From Raillietiella orientalis (Eukaryota), in NCBI GenBank assembly GCA_036172245.1, contig JAYWIR010000035.1:1302001-1366000 (forward strand): 64,000 nucleotides of DNA, given 5' to 3'. How positions within the stretch are numbered: position 1 is the first letter of the stretch; the number at the start of each line of letters is the position of its first letter. A program made the translations under genes and the position numbers. Positions 61,401-64,000 of this stretch are shown here, one piece after another. The notes beneath the pieces are model-generated. The model ran no database searches. It was given only the letters and a program-made list of their open reading frames with translations, and was not told the origin of the DNA.

Positions 61401-64000
61401 AGCACGAGTTCATGCATCCTTGTTGTGGCACATCCACGTCATATTCTCAGAATCTCGAAATGGGCGCAGAATACGTCACAGTGATTCGAACTCTCTCGTG
61501 CCGATTCCAGAGGCAGCTGGTAACCTCTTGCTGAATTGCACTCATATTTGCCAGAGTATCCCGTCACAGTTCACGATTCCAAGTCAGCCTTGTCTGATGT
61601 GGACCATGGCTCCAGTTCTACAGATTAACGAGCACCAGTTCTCCTCTGTCGCACTGAAGTCGGGTTGCTGTCCGTCAGCTTGCTACCAACGGATTCTTCT
61701 GCTTCCTCTTCACAACTTTAGGTGCAGAGAGTTCCCCGCTGCATTTAGGAGAGACTTTTTGGCAGATGTGCTCTTTTTCTGGAACAAGAATTTTTCTTCG
61801 TCATCTCACGATTCGCCGATACTTTTATTCTACTTCTGGAACAACGGCTTGTCCGGAAAACACGTTTTTGCATCTGGGCTCTAAGGGAATCTTGGAACGA
61901 GGATTTCTTCCCATCGATTTCCTTCAACTGGTCAGATTACATTCCTCTTGAGTAAATCCACCACCAATCTTCATCCAAGATATCAGGATGAAGTTTTGAT
62001 TTTTTTTTTTTTTTTTTACTTTTTTAGTAAGCTATATGTACCATGAAGTATTCGATCAATAACAAATGGGCTTGGTGTTTAATCAGTCAGCCCCAATGGA
62101 ACATCATTAGTTTGTTTGTACATTACAAAATCAGTAGGAAAACACCTTCGTGTACCCTGATCACTTCCTTTGGGTTCCTTCCAAGAGAATCGAATTCCAT
62201 GTTGCCAGTCGACGAGAAAGCCGGTGACAGCTTTCGAGAATATTCTGATAATTTTTTTGTGTTTTTGAGAAGGGGGGGAGGATGATGTGTGAAACCTCAC
62301 ACATCCACGATTTGCGAAAATTTCGTCTCAGGAATTTCATGCGGATCGTACTATGAAGCCGTTAAGTGAGCAAAGTTTAAGGGAAAGCCACGACTGTTTT
62401 CTTTAAAGGATTTCGAAAACACAGGTGGTGGCCAAGTGAGAAAAACTTCCTTTCTGGAATTGTGGAATTTCAGCGTTTTGTGGCCAACTTTCGCCCCATC
62501 AAACGAGTTCCGATGGTCAAAGTGTTTCTGAGATATTTCTAATCGATCAACATCCATCCTCTGAGAGCAGAGAATATATTAGTAGATAAAAGGAAAAAAA
62601 ATTTGAATGACCTTGAGGCGTCTTGTATCAGTGAAACTGGTGAACGAAATTAATCGTTTGTTTAAAAAGAACGAGAAGCAGCATCAACCACTGAGCAGAG
62701 CAATTTATCAAGTATTGGCAGATTCAATTTGAACTGAGCTTCAAATTAGTCCATTAAGCAAAAAAATAAGATGCAAGTGAGAGCTTTTCGTTATTTACAC
62801 GATGGAGCTTCTCTCCTTAACTGGTCCAAATGAGGAAGGTGACTGCACTTCAGCCAGTGAATCATTGCAATGTTAAAATAATTTCTCTTTGCCGCTAGGG
62901 AAAAACACAAGCGCCTTCAGGATGTTGTTATTTATCTCCGCTTGAACTTCAATAACCTGGCGTCTATTTATGCATTTCCGGATCTAACTGTTATTGGGAT
63001 TGTTAATACTGGCGCTTTCGTAATATACTGGATGCCTGCCTTTAATGGCGGGACCCCAGAATGGACAAGAGAACTGATAACTGCAATACCCGAATTGAAA
63101 TTCAATCGATCCGACAGCTGCTGCAGGAACAGAGCTCGGAACGTATCCTAGATAAGGCATTCCCAGGATCGGTTCGGAGAACGCAATCTATTCCGGGAAG
63201 TTTTGCAAATGTGTTTTGGAATCAGAATGGTATGACCTTCAGAACCCTCTCATCATGGTCCAGACAGCCCACCAAAAGACGGACCTCCCACTCTTGTTTG
63301 GGTACAGTTCTTTGGAACGTCTTTTTCCCCCCTCCTCCTCCTTTCTTTAAGATACATCGAAGAAGCTTACATCTCCGAGGACCATTTCAGGCTGAAGATG
63401 TCTTAGAAAAGAAAACAAAGCGGAGGCACACTGAATGTTTAAAGATCGAGTTCTCGAGTGAATGTTGGATGCTGCTAAACAAAATCTTAAGGCTGAGCAG
63501 TAAAACCGTATGAAGCAAGATGAGTTATCTGTGAAAAGAACCGAAAGCAGGAAAGAGTGGTTACCAAGGGAGGATTCCACACGTAACCTAGCGAAACTGA
63601 CGTTTTTAGTACGTCGCTACTAATGAATTGACATATCTCTTAGTATGGTACCATTTACGACCACGGCTCCTTCCCAGCCTCCATAATGAAGACGGGCCTC
63701 CGGTGGGGCAGAGCGAAGAGCGCGTTCAGCAGTCCCTGCAGACGAGTTTCAGGAAGTTGCATCTCGAGCGTGAGATCAGCCCTCAGGAAGAGAACTCGTG
63801 AGAGCTTTCTCCGAAGCTACAAGAAAGCATTCCGGCAGAACTCCGATGAGAAGAGAATGCGGTCCAGGTCGCGAGGGGCCCTCCATGATGTTCCAGAAAG
63901 GCGGAAATGCAACTCCTTCAAAATCGCATGCATGGGGTTGATGGGACGGAAGACGTCGAGAAAGTTCCAGATTTTTCGCTGGTAGCGGGTTCTGTCGGCG

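Noticed and set aside
62600..63150. Possible LRR relic (NNLASI...TGAF)
   Set aside because: Repeat periodicity could not be established.
1..64000. CRISPR arrays, rRNA/tRNA genes, bacterial operons
   Set aside because: No repeat-spacer periodicity or RNA-gene signature noticed; spliceosomal introns show the DNA is eukaryotic. A tRNA or ncRNA could be missed by eye.

Overview
Eukaryotic, intron-containing DNA, most likely arthropod. Two intact spliced genes can be built by hand with GT-AG junctions and consistent phases, and they sit head-to-head about 4.8 kb apart. On the minus strand is a neverland/DAF-36-type Rieske cholesterol 7-desaturase (7 exons, 16002->8557, 387 aa). On the plus strand is a CYP307 (spook/spookier family) cytochrome P450 (3 exons, 20832->23614, 504 aa). 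These enzymes act at the first step and the following 'Black Box' stage of ecdysteroid biosynthesis, so the locus looks like a divergent two-gene steroidogenic unit, with CRE-type motifs near both 5' ends. I could not build any other intact gene. The rest is GC/CpG-rich low-complexity sequence, microsatellites, and decayed non-LTR retrotransposon or pseudogene remnants. Most ORFs in the supplied track are spurious. All family calls are by-eye motif recognition; no searches were run.
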